Shown: positions 1 to 9,728, counted from the stretch's first letter. The stretch: DNA of 64,000 bases from Acidobacteriota bacterium (GCA_963666215.2 CAXWPL010000005.1:448001-512000), one strand, 5' to 3'. Notes: generated by a model not told the origin, from the letters alone. Numbers and translations are program-made.

Positions 1-1
1 A

Positions 2-178
2 AAGTACACGCCTGGAGAGTGCATCCAGGCTGTCAGGGAGGCCCATCTCCGCGATCTGGACTCACATCCGAAGCTCATATTCTCGGCATCCGTGCTTCCC
101 GGCCTGCTCACGCCGAAGCCGAAGCGCAAGTCAGTCGACGGCCTTGATCTGCGGACGGGGTCGGATTGGGTCGGATGA
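2..178 (+). CDS. 3' end of a phage protein (partial), possibly a replication initiator
   Basis: Open frame from the window edge (KYTPGECIQAVREAHL...SDWVG*). Its TGA overlaps the next start (ATGA 175-178). Function inferred only from its position before a DnaC-like gene. Confidence 0.5.
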   Translation, partial: KYTPGECIQAVREAHLRDLDSHPKLIFSASVLPGLLTPKPKRKSVDGLDLRTGSDWVG

Positions 179-852
179 TGCTGCCGATACCCGAGTGTCC
201 GAAGTGCAGCGACACACTCTGGGTAGAGTGTCGAGACACGCGATTCGCGGACCGCTGCGAGTGCTTCGCTGGGCACAAGCTGCGGGTACTGCTACAGCGC
301 GCTCAGATCCCCGAGCGCTACTCGAGCGTCTCGTTCGCCAGCTTCGACGTGACCCGTAGCCCGGACTCGGCGGCTGCGGTGGCCGCTTGCCGCGACTACG
401 GGGCCGGACTCGGCGTCGGTGAGGTCGGTGGCCTGCTGCTCACGGGACCGCCCGGCAGCGGCAAGACTCACCTAGCTGTCGCCATCCTGCGGGCTGCGAT
501 CGAGCGTGGCGTGCTTGCGTCGTTCTGGGACACGCAGCACCTGCTCGATTCGGTGCGGGCTACGTTCGGGCATGACGCAGAGCAGTCCGAAACGGCGCTG
601 CTGAGACCGGCCGTGGAGGCCGAGTTGCTCGTGCTTGACGATCTGGGCAAGGAGCGCCGCACCGACTGGAACCGGTCGACGATCAGTGCCCTGATCAACG
701 AGCGCTACAACCGCCGCCGGGCGACGGTGATCACGAGCAACTATGCGGCCGGCCTTGCTGACCACGTCGGCGACCGGATCGACAGCCGAATCGCCGAGAT
801 GTGTCGGGTGGTGCGATTGACCGCTGATGACTACCGAAAGCGCGAGCTCTGA
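175..852 (+). CDS. DnaC/IstB-like AAA+ ATPase (phage helicase loader)
   Basis: N-terminal CxxC...CxC, IPERY..SF motif, Walker A GPPGSGKT, Walker B LLVLDDLG, TVITSN, terminal DYR. Confidence 0.9.
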   Translation: MMLPIPECPKCSDTLWVECRDTRFADRCECFAGHKLRVLLQRAQIPERYSSVSFASFDVTRSPDSAAAVAACRDYGAGLGVGEVGGLLLTGPPGSGKTHLAVAILRAAIERGVLASFWDTQHLLDSVRATFGHDAEQSETALLRPAVEAELLVLDDLGKERRTDWNRSTISALINERYNRRRATVITSNYAAGLADHVGDRIDSRIAEMCRVVRLTADDYRKREL

Positions 853-1094
853 TGCACTCCCCCGCCCCGCAGCCCAGCGAGCTCGCGGAGGTGGCGCGCC
901 TCTACCCCGACACTGACCAACCAATACCTGCGCTCTGGACAGTCACAGAGGTCGCCGAGTTTCTCGGCGTCCACCAAAAGACCGTAGAAAAGATGGCCTC
1001 GCGAGGCGAGTTCCCCGGCCACATGGTCCGCAGCCGCCGAAGGTTCTATCCTCCCGAGATTCTGGCGTGGCTTCTGGAGCAACCTGGGGGGTGA
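852..1094 (+). CDS. Excisionase-like HTH_17 DNA-binding protein
   Basis: LWTVTEVAEFLGVHQKTVEKMA...RRF...ILAWL pattern. TGATG-coupled to the upstream gene and overlapping the integrase start. Confidence 0.85.
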   Translation: MHSPAPQPSELAEVARLYPDTDQPIPALWTVTEVAEFLGVHQKTVEKMASRGEFPGHMVRSRRRFYPPEILAWLLEQPGG

Positions 1095-2230
1095 CGGTGA
1101 CGAGGAGCAAGCGACTCAAGGGCGTTCACTACCGCAGCGAGCGCGAACGGTGGTTCGCCGAGCGCTACTACCGTGGCCACACCGAGCGCGGCCCGCTGCG
1201 CGAGACGCAATGGGAGGCAGTCGAGGATCGCGCCGCCATGGATCGGGCCGTCAGGGAAGGCACGTTCTTTGAGCTGTACGGGCCATCGGCAGCGACCACG
1301 CTCTGCGAGAGCATCGATCCGTACCTTGAGTACTGCGCTACCGAGGGGAACGTCGCGAACACCCTACGCGACAAGCGCCGCCACTTGGTCGTCATCGCCG
1401 AGTTCCTCGACAACAAGCGCTCGGACCACGTCACCAAGTTCGACGTCGAGCGACTCCGGTCAGCATTGCGCAAGCGCGTCGTGCCAGGCGGCGGTCTCAT
1501 GACCGGCCCCACCGCCAACCGCTACATGTCGACGTTCTCGGACCTGATGTCCTACCTGAAAGACACGGGCGCCACTAGCACCAACCCGGTAAAGGGCTTC
1601 AAGCGGTACAAGGAACAACGACGCACCGCCGTAGCCCCTGACGAAGCTGTGGTGGCCTCCCTGCTCGAGGCGGCTCACGTTGCTCCGCTACCCTGGATGG
1701 ACGTGCTCATCGTGTCGCTGTTCGACGTCGGCTGCCGTATCCGCGAGCTCTTGAGTACGCCTCAGAGCGCGGTCGACCTCGACTGGTGTGACCCAAGAAC
1801 CGGCGAGAGAGCAGGGATGATCCACCCACCGCCCTCGAAGCGAGGCATGGAGATCGGCCTTGCCCTCACGAGCCAAGCTCGACAAACCCTGCGCCGTCAC
1901 CTCGACGTTACGCCCGGCCCCTGGCTGTTCCCCCACCCCAAAGACCCGCAGAGGCGATGCGACTACGGCCGTGTCCGCAGCTCGTTTCAGAAAATCGCCG
2001 CAGCAGCCAGACTCCCCGCGCTCACGATGCACGAACTACGGGCTGGCTGCGCCACCGAGCTCGCCAAGCTCGGGGCCGGCGAGAAGGAAGTGCAGCTAAT
2101 GCTGCGAGACAAGACCGCCTACATGGCCGATATCTACGTGCGCATCGACGAGAGCCATACTGCGTCGCTGGCTTCCCGCAGGGACCGCTCTCGCAACGTT
2201 CACGAGTTCAGGAAGAGCGCCGAAAAATGA
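1091..2230 (+). CDS. Tyrosine recombinase / phage integrase
   Basis: T.NRYMS core-binding motif, box I GCRIRELL, HELR, C-terminal Tyr (DIYV). GTG start at 1091 overlaps the excisionase stop. Next to a tRNA. Confidence 0.92.
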   Translation: MTVTRSKRLKGVHYRSERERWFAERYYRGHTERGPLRETQWEAVEDRAAMDRAVREGTFFELYGPSAATTLCESIDPYLEYCATEGNVANTLRDKRRHLVVIAEFLDNKRSDHVTKFDVERLRSALRKRVVPGGGLMTGPTANRYMSTFSDLMSYLKDTGATSTNPVKGFKRYKEQRRTAVAPDEAVVASLLEAAHVAPLPWMDVLIVSLFDVGCRIRELLSTPQSAVDLDWCDPRTGERAGMIHPPPSKRGMEIGLALTSQARQTLRRHLDVTPGPWLFPHPKDPQRRCDYGRVRSSFQKIAAAARLPALTMHELRAGCATELAKLGAGEKEVQLMLRDKTAYMADIYVRIDESHTASLASRRDRSRNVHEFRKSAEK

Positions 2231-2320
2231 ACGTTTCCTACCCAAATCCCTTCCCGGACCTTTCGGCACTCGACCGGCAACGAGGCGGAACACCCTGCTC
2301 TACAATGACTTACACCTTTT

Positions 2321-2404
2321 GCCGGGGTGGCGGAATTGGCAGACGCGCCGGATTCAAAATCCGGTGACCGCAAGGTCGTGAGGGTTCAAGTCCCTCCCTC
2401 GGTA
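2321..2404 (+). tRNA. tRNA-Leu (anticodon CAA)
   Basis: Acceptor stem GCCGGGG/CCTCGGT-A, D arm GGCGGAATTGGCAGACGC, anticodon arm CCGGA-TTCAAAA-TCCGG, long variable arm, T arm GAGGG-TTCAAGT-CCCTC. No encoded CCA. Confidence 0.97.
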
Positions 2405-2425
2405 CTTGAAAGCACCGGTTCGGCA

Positions 2426-3958
2426 TCAGGCCAGGAACATCGCGTACGCCGGATTGTCGCTCTCCTCCCAGTGCGGATAGCCGAGCTCGGTAAGGTGTGC
2501 CTCGAGTTCGTCCGAGTCCTCGTCGGGCACCTGGATGCCGACGAGGACTCGGCCATGGTCGGAGCCGTGATTCCTGTAGTGGAATAGGCTGACGTTCCAG
2601 TTTGCGCCGATCGCCGTCAGGAAATCGAGTAGCGCACCGGGACGTTCCGGAAACTCGAAGCGGAACAGTCGTTCGTTCTCGAGGTTGGCCGCCCTGCCGC
2701 CGACCATGTGCCGGATGTGAACCTTCGCCATCTCGTCATCGCTCAGGTCGACGAGCGGATAGCCGCGCCCCCGCAGCTTCTCGATCAGTTCCGCTCGTTC
2801 CTGCGCACCACGACGGAGTTCGATGCCGACGAAGATGTGCGCGTTCTTCGGGTCGCTGTAGCGGTAATTGAATTCGGTGACGCCGCGCCGGCCGACGGCT
2901 TCCGAGAACGCCTTGAAACTGCCGCGTCTCTCCGGGATCTCGACCGCCAGCAACATCTCCTGTTGTTCACCAACGGCGGCGCGCTCGGCGATATGACGCA
3001 GCCGGTCGAAGTTGATGTTGGCGCCGCCGTTGATCACCACGACCGTCTCGTCTCGCGCTGCGTGTTCGGCGAGATACTGCTTCGCGCCGGCGACCGCCAG
3101 CGCTCCGGCAGGCTCGACGATCGAGCGCGTGTCCTCGAATATGTCGCGAATGGCGGCGCAGATCTGATCCGTGTCGACGGTGACGAAATCGTCGACCAGC
3201 TCTCGGCAGAGGCGAAAGGTCTCCTCGCCCACCTGCTTAACGGCGACGCCGTCGGCAAAGATGCCGACGTGCTCCAGGATGATGCGCTCGCCGGCAGCGA
3301 CAGAGTCCCGCATCACCGCCGAATCCCCCGGCTCGACGCCGATCACGCGGATCTCCGGCCGTTTAGCCTTGATATACGCCGCGATTCCCGAGATGAGTCC
3401 GCCACCGCCGATGGGAACGAAGACGGCGCTCACGGCTTCGTCTGCCTGCTCGAGGATCTCCTTGCCAATCGTGCCCTGGCCGGCGATGACTGCGGGATCG
3501 TCGAAGGGGTGGATGAACGTCAGGCCGTCGGTCTTCTCGAGCTCCCGAGCCCTGAAATAAGCATCGTCGTAGGTGTCGCCATGCAATACCACCTCGCCCC
3601 CCAGCGCCCTGACAGCATCCACCTTGATGCTCGGTGTCGTAACCGGCATGACGATTACCGCCCGCGCGCCCTTCCGTCGTGCGGCGAGTGCCACGCCCTG
3701 CGCGTGGTTTCCGGCCGAGCTGCATATGATCCCAGCGCCCAGCCTCTGCTGCGAGAGCGATGCGATCTTGTTGTAAGCGCCGCGGAGCTTGAACGAGAAG
3801 ACCGGCTGCAGGTCCTCGCGCTTCAGCAGGATACGGTTGCCGAGTCGCGCAGACAGGTTGCCGGCGAGTTCGAGCGGGGTCCTCGTCGCCACTTCATAGA
3901 CGACCGCCACATCGATGAGATCGACGTAGTCCTCCGCTCGCCTTCGTGAATACGCCAT
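2426..3958 (-). CDS. ilvA: Threonine ammonia-lyase, biosynthetic
   Basis: LKREDLQPVFSFKLRGAYN, SAGNHAQG, two C-terminal regulatory repeats (FEFPERPGAL, SLFHYRNHG). Start placed at ATG 3958. Confidence 0.97.
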   Translation of the reverse strand: MAYSRRRAEDYVDLIDVAVVYEVATRTPLELAGNLSARLGNRILLKREDLQPVFSFKLRGAYNKIASLSQQRLGAGIICSSAGNHAQGVALAARRKGARAVIVMPVTTPSIKVDAVRALGGEVVLHGDTYDDAYFRARELEKTDGLTFIHPFDDPAVIAGQGTIGKEILEQADEAVSAVFVPIGGGGLISGIAAYIKAKRPEIRVIGVEPGDSAVMRDSVAAGERIILEHVGIFADGVAVKQVGEETFRLCRELVDDFVTVDTDQICAAIRDIFEDTRSIVEPAGALAVAGAKQYLAEHAARDETVVVINGGANINFDRLRHIAERAAVGEQQEMLLAVEIPERRGSFKAFSEAVGRRGVTEFNYRYSDPKNAHIFVGIELRRGAQERAELIEKLRGRGYPLVDLSDDEMAKVHIRHMVGGRAANLENERLFRFEFPERPGALLDFLTAIGANWNVSLFHYRNHGSDHGRVLVGIQVPDEDSDELEAHLTELGYPHWEESDNPAYAMFLA

Positions 3959-3983
3959 GCTGTTACGCGGCCGTCGGCTATTT

Positions 3984-4082
3984 GGGATCGTCGTCGCGGT
4001 CCGGGAGGTTGATCTCGGTGAGTTCGAGCTCACCAACCCTCCACTGGGTCTCGTCACGATCCGCCAATGACAACCCGGACCC
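3984..4082 (-). promoter_or_regulatory. Attenuator-like alternative RNA hairpins of the ilvA leader
   Basis: On the mRNA, GGAGGGTTGGT can pair with ATCAACCTCC. The leader segment GGTCCGGG-TTG can alternatively pair with CAAC..CCCGGACC. No U-tract. Confidence 0.6.
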
Positions 4083-4119
4083 GTTTGTCCAGCGTGATGA
4101 TAGTGCGCGCTGCCCGCAT
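4054..4119 (-). CDS. ilvA leader peptide MRAARTIITLDKRVRVVIGGS
   Basis: 21-aa uORF read by hand. 9 of 21 codons are Thr/Ile/Leu/Val. Ends about 95 nt upstream of ilvA. Confidence 0.75.
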   Translation of the reverse strand: MRAARTIITLDKRVRVVIGGS

Positions 4120-4294
4120 GACGCGATCGATCGGTGCGGAGCGCAGCCGGCGTCTAGGAGTGGAGTTGCCCCGATTACGTGGACGGTCTAGAGAACCTCG
4201 TAGTGCCCCAGTGTCTTGCCGACCATGACGCCCATCCTCCCACCGCTCGAAGGGCGTCTCAACGCAGGGGGGGCGGCCGGCCCAGGAACGACGA

Positions 4295-4337
4295 GGCTTC
4301 TTGACAAATCTTTGCCCGACTTTACGGTTTCTTGACA
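4295..4337 (+). promoter_or_regulatory. Putative sigma-70 promoter within a direct repeat
   Basis: TTGACA(4301)-16 nt-TACGGT(4323). GGyTTCTTGACA occurs twice, 31 bp apart. Confidence 0.4.
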
Positions 4338-7300
4338 GCGATTAGGCGGCCAACCGGGTCATAAGTACCGTACGACCGACCGGTACGCGACGGGTCCCCT
4401 CCGGAGAAGGACGTCAAGATGACCGTGCGCATGGTTTTGGCCTCCGTGTTGGTGCTCTCGCTCGGATCTAGCGTTTCGGGCCTGGCCGAGACGGGCCCGG
4501 CGGCCGCTGGCCGGGCGCCAACGAAACTCACGTTCATGGGATGGAACATTCGGGGGCAGGGGCAGAACCAGACCTGGAATGTAGCCAGGGCGAGCATAAT
4601 CGCGTACCTGCTGGAATCCGGCGCCGAGATCATCGCTCTCCAGGAGGCTCGCAGCGCGGTAGCCGACATGATGGCGGATCCCGACCTGGCCGCCCGGTAT
4701 GCCTTCTACCAGACAGCGAGCGACAACCCGATTCTGATCGATAGGTCGCTTCCCCTCACGGTGGTCGACGACGGACCCAGCGGGGTCGGACTCTGCAGCG
4801 AAGGGACCGTCGCCACGATTCAGATGCCGTCGCTAGAGAGCTCCTTTCGCCTCCACAACGACCACTTCTGCTTCGATGGCACGCGGAATGCCACGGACGG
4901 CAGCGATTTGGTGAGCGCTGCGGACCCGGCCAACGGGTCTCAGATGGTCGTGGCGATTGGCGATTTGAACACGAGCCGCGGATTCAACCCCGACACGATC
5001 TCCAACCTGTTGAGCTCCGGGTTCATCGATACCTGGGAGCACACCAACAACCCCCTGAGAAAACCCGACGTCGAGTGGATCTTGGTCAATGCTGCGCTGC
5101 TGGGCGATGCGTTGGTTTCGAACACCAGCGCCGATGCCAGCTGTAGCGCCGAGACGGCGGACGGGAACTGTTCGGATCATCGAGCTTTCTTTGTCGACAT
5201 CGAGTTTGGAGCGGAGTTCGGCCTGGCTGCCAAGCCGCCCAAGCGCACCTTCGGAGAGGTCGAAGTCGGCAAGGCAGTGCTGCGGAAGGTCACCGTAATG
5301 AACCACGCACGACAGGACATCGACATCTCTGCGATCAACATCACCGGCCGCCATCGCGCGCGGTTCACGCTGCCGGCCGGCAGGGACGCCTGCTCGAGCA
5401 CCGTGTTGACCCCTCAGCAGTCCTGCCGACTCCAGGTCCGTTTCGAGCCCACTGCGAAGGGGCAGAAGCGGGCCAATGCCGTCATCAACTCCAACGACCC
5501 CAACGGCGGCAAGATTCGAGTGAAGTTGCGCGGCACGGCGGTGGCCGATCGCCTCGCAACAGGCGGCGTCGAAAGCTCTTCGCGGGCCGACGGACAGAAC
5601 CGGAACCCGGATGAGCTCGTGTTGATCAACGGCAACATCCTGACGATGGACAGGTTCGACCGCGTCGTCTCGGGGGTCAGGATCCGCGACGGACGGTTCG
5701 TGGAGGTCGGTGACGACGTCTCGGTCGAGGGCTCTGAAGACCAGGTGATCGACCTCGGCGGCAGGACGGTGACCCCGGGGCTGATCGACACCCACATCCA
5801 CTATTTCCGCGATGCCCATATACCCGGACACCTCCTCTCGGCCATCGAGCGGGTCTTCACGATCCCGGACCTGCTCAGAGCGGTGACCGAGCGCGCCGCC
5901 ACCGTCCGGGCCGGCGAGTTCATCACCGTTGTGGGCAGATTCAACCCGAGCCAGTTTGCTGAGAACCGGCTACCGACGCTCGCCGAGCTCGACGGCGCCG
6001 CGCCGAATCACGCTGTGTACCTGCAAACGGGCTTCGACGGTCCCGCCACCACCAACACTCTGGGGAAGGAGTACTTCGAGGCCCACGGGGTCGTCGTCAA
6101 CCCCAGCGGCGCATTCAACAGAGGGCAGACTCCTGCGCCTGTGCAGGCTCTGTTCGATGAGTTCACCAACGCCGAGGCCCTGCGGACGGTGAGCGAGTAC
6201 ATGCGGTTCTCGGCCTCTCTGGGGCTGACGATGGTGCAGAACTACTCGGGGTGCGGCGGCCTCGGGCCCCTGCCGGCCGGCACCCTGTGCGAAGACAACT
6301 TCCTCGACCTGTGGCGGAGAGCGGGATTGCTTCTACGGATTCGTTCCTCCGTGGGAGGCACGGGCACCCAAACCGATGCGAGTGGCATCTATCAGGTTGT
6401 TCTGGATGCGGAAGCTGCCTTGCAGGAGCTGGAAGATCTGGGAGGAGGCGACGACATGTTCGATTTCTCCGCGACCGGAGAATTCGTGGTCGGCAACTTC
6501 GGCTCCACGAGTGCCCCCTTCGAGGACGCCTACCGGCAGATCGCGGAACGCGGCTGGTCGCTGCGCCAGCACTCGATCAGCACGATGGAAAACGAAGCCC
6601 ACATCGCCGCTTTCGAGGCGGTCGACTCCGCTGTCCCCATCGCCGAGATGCGCTGGGCGATCGAGCACGTGTTCTCGATAGGCCTCGACCACATCCGCCG
6701 GCTCGGACAGATAGGCGCCGGCGCGACGGTTCAGAATCAGCAGTACCTGCTGGGAGGCAGCGGGCCCCCGTATCGAGACCTCCTCGACAGCGGCATCTCC
6801 TTGTCGGCCGGGACCGACGCCTCGGCCATCAGCCCCATGAGTCCCTGGATCTCGCTCTACCACATGGTCACCGGGAGGGATGCATCCGGAAGGCTGGTGA
6901 ACTCTGGTCAACAGATCACCAGGATGGAGGCGCTTCGGATCTACACGATGGGCGGGGCTTGGCATACGTTCGACGACGAGGAGACGGGCTCGATCGAAGT
7001 CGGCAAACTGGCCGATCTGGCGGTCTTGAGCGACGAGTACCTGACGGTCCCGGACGAAGAAATCCGCACTTTGACGTCCGTGCTGACACTGGTCGGTGGG
7101 GCAACTGTCCACTCGGCGGCCGAGTTCGTTTCCTCGAAGCCCGCCAAGGCCAAGAACCTCCGCGCCGTAGACGTGGCACCCACCGAGCTCACCTTGCGCT
7201 GGAACGACCGATCGGACAACGAGGATTCGTTCGAGATCCAGATGCAGCCGCCGGGAGGGAGCTTCGGGATCGCCGCGATCGTCGGCGCTGACGTCGACGA

Positions 7301-7360
7301 GGTGACGATCACCGACCTGACGCCGGTCACGACCTACAGGTTCCGAGTCCGCGCCCTAGC

Positions 7361-8403
7361 TGTGTTTTCTAAGTAGGTTGTTCACATCGGGGCTCACTTC
7401 TGAGATCAATGGGGTTGTTCAAAAGACTCCACGACCTCAGAAGGAGCGCCCGATGCAGCTGCATGGTAACGCCCGCACGACGCCGTATATACGCCGAGAG
7501 ATGGTCCGCCGAGTCCGGGAGCGGGCGGAGCCCGTGACGGAAACGGCGGCGGCGCTCGGCGTGTCGGCTCGAACGGTTTACAAGTGGCTGGATAGATACG
7601 AGCGAGAAGGTGAGGCCGGGCTGCTCGATCGATCAAGCCGGCCGACGTGCTGTCCGCACGCAACAAGCGCTGGAGTTGTGAGGCAGATCGACAAGCTACG
7701 TCGGCGGCGACTGACGGCCTGGCAGATCAGCCGAAGGTTGGCTGTGCCGCGCTCGACCGTCTCGGCGTGGCTGAAGCGGCTCGGACTCGCCAAGCTTGAT
7801 GCGCTCGAGCCCAAGCCCGAGATCGTTCGCTACGAGTACGAGCACCCCGGTGACCTACTGCACCTGGATACGAAGAAACTGGCCCGTATCCGGCGACCTG
7901 GACACCGCATCCACGGCGACCGCTCCAAGCGGGCCTACGGCGTCGGCTGGGAGAACGCCCACGTCGCTATCGACGATCACTCTCGGGTGGCGTACGTCGA
8001 AGTGCTGCCCGCCGAAGACCAACACACCTGCACAGCGTTCCTGCAGCGAGCCGTCGAGCACTTCGCTTCGATGGGAGTAGCGGTGCGCCGAGTGATGACA
8101 GACAACGGGCCTGGCTACGTCTCGAAGCGCTTCAATCGCCTATGCCATCAACTCGAGATCCGGCACATTTACACCCGGCCCTACACCCCCAGAACCAACG
8201 GCAAAGCCGAACGCTTCATCCGCACACTCAAGGAGCAGTGGGCCTACGGCACCTGCTACCAGACCTCAGCTCGACGTACTCGAGCTCTACGGCCCTGGCT
8301 CAACCACTACAATCGTCACCGTCCCCACGCCGGCATCGGCATGACACCGCCGATCGCTCGGCTCTCAGGGGTGAGTTCGTGAACAACCTACCTAGAACTC
8401 ACA
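7361..8403 (+). mobile_element. IS481-family insertion sequence, copy 1
   Basis: 25-bp terminal IRs (TGTGTTTTCTAAGTAGGTTGTTCAC / GTGAACAACCTACCTAGAACTCACA, 22/25 match). 6-bp TSD CCTAGC at 7355-7360 and 8404-8409. Confidence 0.97.
7453..8382 (+). CDS. IS481-family DDE transposase
   Basis: H.NAR.T start, HTH, LHLDTKK, IDDHSR, MTDNG, PRTNGKAERF, YNRHRPH. Confidence 0.97.
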   Translation: MQLHGNARTTPYIRREMVRRVRERAEPVTETAAALGVSARTVYKWLDRYEREGEAGLLDRSSRPTCCPHATSAGVVRQIDKLRRRRLTAWQISRRLAVPRSTVSAWLKRLGLAKLDALEPKPEIVRYEYEHPGDLLHLDTKKLARIRRPGHRIHGDRSKRAYGVGWENAHVAIDDHSRVAYVEVLPAEDQHTCTAFLQRAVEHFASMGVAVRRVMTDNGPGYVSKRFNRLCHQLEIRHIYTRPYTPRTNGKAERFIRTLKEQWAYGTCYQTSARRTRALRPWLNHYNRHRPHAGIGMTPPIARLSGVSS

Positions 8404-8672
8404 CCTAGCCGGCTCGAAGAAGTCCGGGTTCTCCAACAAGCGCAGCGTGTCCACGGCTGCCAGCGGATGAGACTGGCTGACCGGCCCACGGCAGATCCAC
8501 CACGGCCTGCCAAGGATCATTGAATGTAGCCGAGCGCCCGGAGCTTGCTCAACGGTCGGCGCCCAATTCGATGTCCCGCTTCCGGAATCGTACGTGGCGT
8601 AACCGAACGCGCCTGCTGTGGCGCGCCGTGTCCAATCGGCAATGGCAACGTGTTTCCGGCCTCCGGACGTTC

Positions 8673-8688
8673 CGGCACGGATGCTGCA
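8673..8688 (+). promoter_or_regulatory. Sigma-54 (-24/-12) promoter
   Basis: CGGCACG-GATG-CTGCA has exact GG-N10-GC spacing, about 70 bp upstream of AGGAGGA-ATG(8757). Confidence 0.6.
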
Positions 8689-8756
8689 ATCCCTGCACGC
8701 AACCGCGCACGCCGGGATGTTGTAACGAGCATTCCGGCAAACAAGGAGGAACGGCC

Positions 8757-9405
8757 ATGAATAGATCTGGCTCTGGATCACACCATTCCGTCGTCCGCAC
8801 CTTGGCAGTCGGCATCGCCCTGCTGCTGGCCGCACCGGCGCTGGCGCAGCGGGAAGTTGCCGAGGTCGAGGCAAGCGCCATCTGGATCGGGACCGTTGAG
8901 CGCGGTGAGCTCGTGCGGCAGGTGCGCGGTCCAGGGGTGATGGAGCGGTTCGGGCGAGGTTTCCACACACACGTCCGAATCGCGGCGAGCCAAGCATCCG
9001 AGGTTGAGCTCGATCAACGCGTGGTGATCGACACGCACGCCACCACGCTCCGCCGGACGCGTCGTTCATATTGACGACCACGTTGAGGAGGGCACGCTCC
9101 GCCTGGTGGTCGAAGTCACGGACGACATTCCCGAGAATGTGCGTCCGGGGCTCTCGGTGGACGTGACCGTGCAGGTCGAACCGCTCGCCGACGTCACCTT
9201 CGTGAGCCGGCCCGCCTACGCTCGAGCCGCGTCGGCACGCCCGCCGAAGCCGATCTCCGGAATGACGTTGTCGGTGCTGGGCGCGACGAGGACGATCGTG
9301 ATGCCCGAAAGCGGAATCAGTTGGCGCGCCGCCGCCAGCGCAGTACCCAGCCGACTCACCGAACCCAAGAAGACCACGGCGGATCGCCGGCAGACGCGTC
9401 CGTAG
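8757..9405 (+). pseudogene. Short HlyD/MFP-like periplasmic adaptor homolog, frameshifted near 9050
   Basis: IWIGTVERGELVRQVRGPG continues after one extra C as AGRVVHIDDHVEEGT...RPGLSVDVTVQVEPLADVTFVSRPA. Confidence 0.7.
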
Positions 9406-9728
9406 CCGACGTAGCTCGGGTGGACACGCCCTCTCCGTAGCGATGCCCTGCGCAACGAAAAATCGCCGCGGGCAATGACAGGTTGTTCACCCGAGCAGCA
9501 TCATCCGGCCCGCGGCCACTGCTCGCAGCCAATCGCCTAGGAGAGGGCGGTCCACCCGAGCGGCCCCTACTCGAGCACACAGGAGCGCCAATCTTTATGG
9601 ACGCACTCGGTCGCGAGTCCTTCGCAGTCATCTGTTCAATTCCGAGAACGGACCCATTGCGATCCAAGATCGATAGAATGCGACCCTTGAGAGTTCCCCC
9701 GAGCGCTCCCACCGATACGAGGTCAGAC

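Larger units (their letters stand above)
1..2320 (+). mobile_element. Right end of a prophage or integrative element adjoining tRNA-Leu
   Basis: Translationally coupled replication-xis-int genes end 90 bp before a tRNA, and host ilvA follows the tRNA. The other att site is outside the window. Confidence 0.75.
4419..8470 (+). pseudogene. Secreted fusion protein: EEP phosphoesterase + ASH/Ig-like + amidohydrolase-3 (YtcJ-like) + FN3; C-terminus interrupted by IS481 (ORF now ends at 7376)
   Basis: Signal peptide; WNI, LQE, GDLN, SDH (EEP); FGEVEVG...SNDP; DTHIH, IEH, GTDA, GSIEVGKLADL; FN3. Removing the IS and one TSD restores ...RALAGSKKSGFSNKRSVSTAASG*. Confidence 0.85.
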
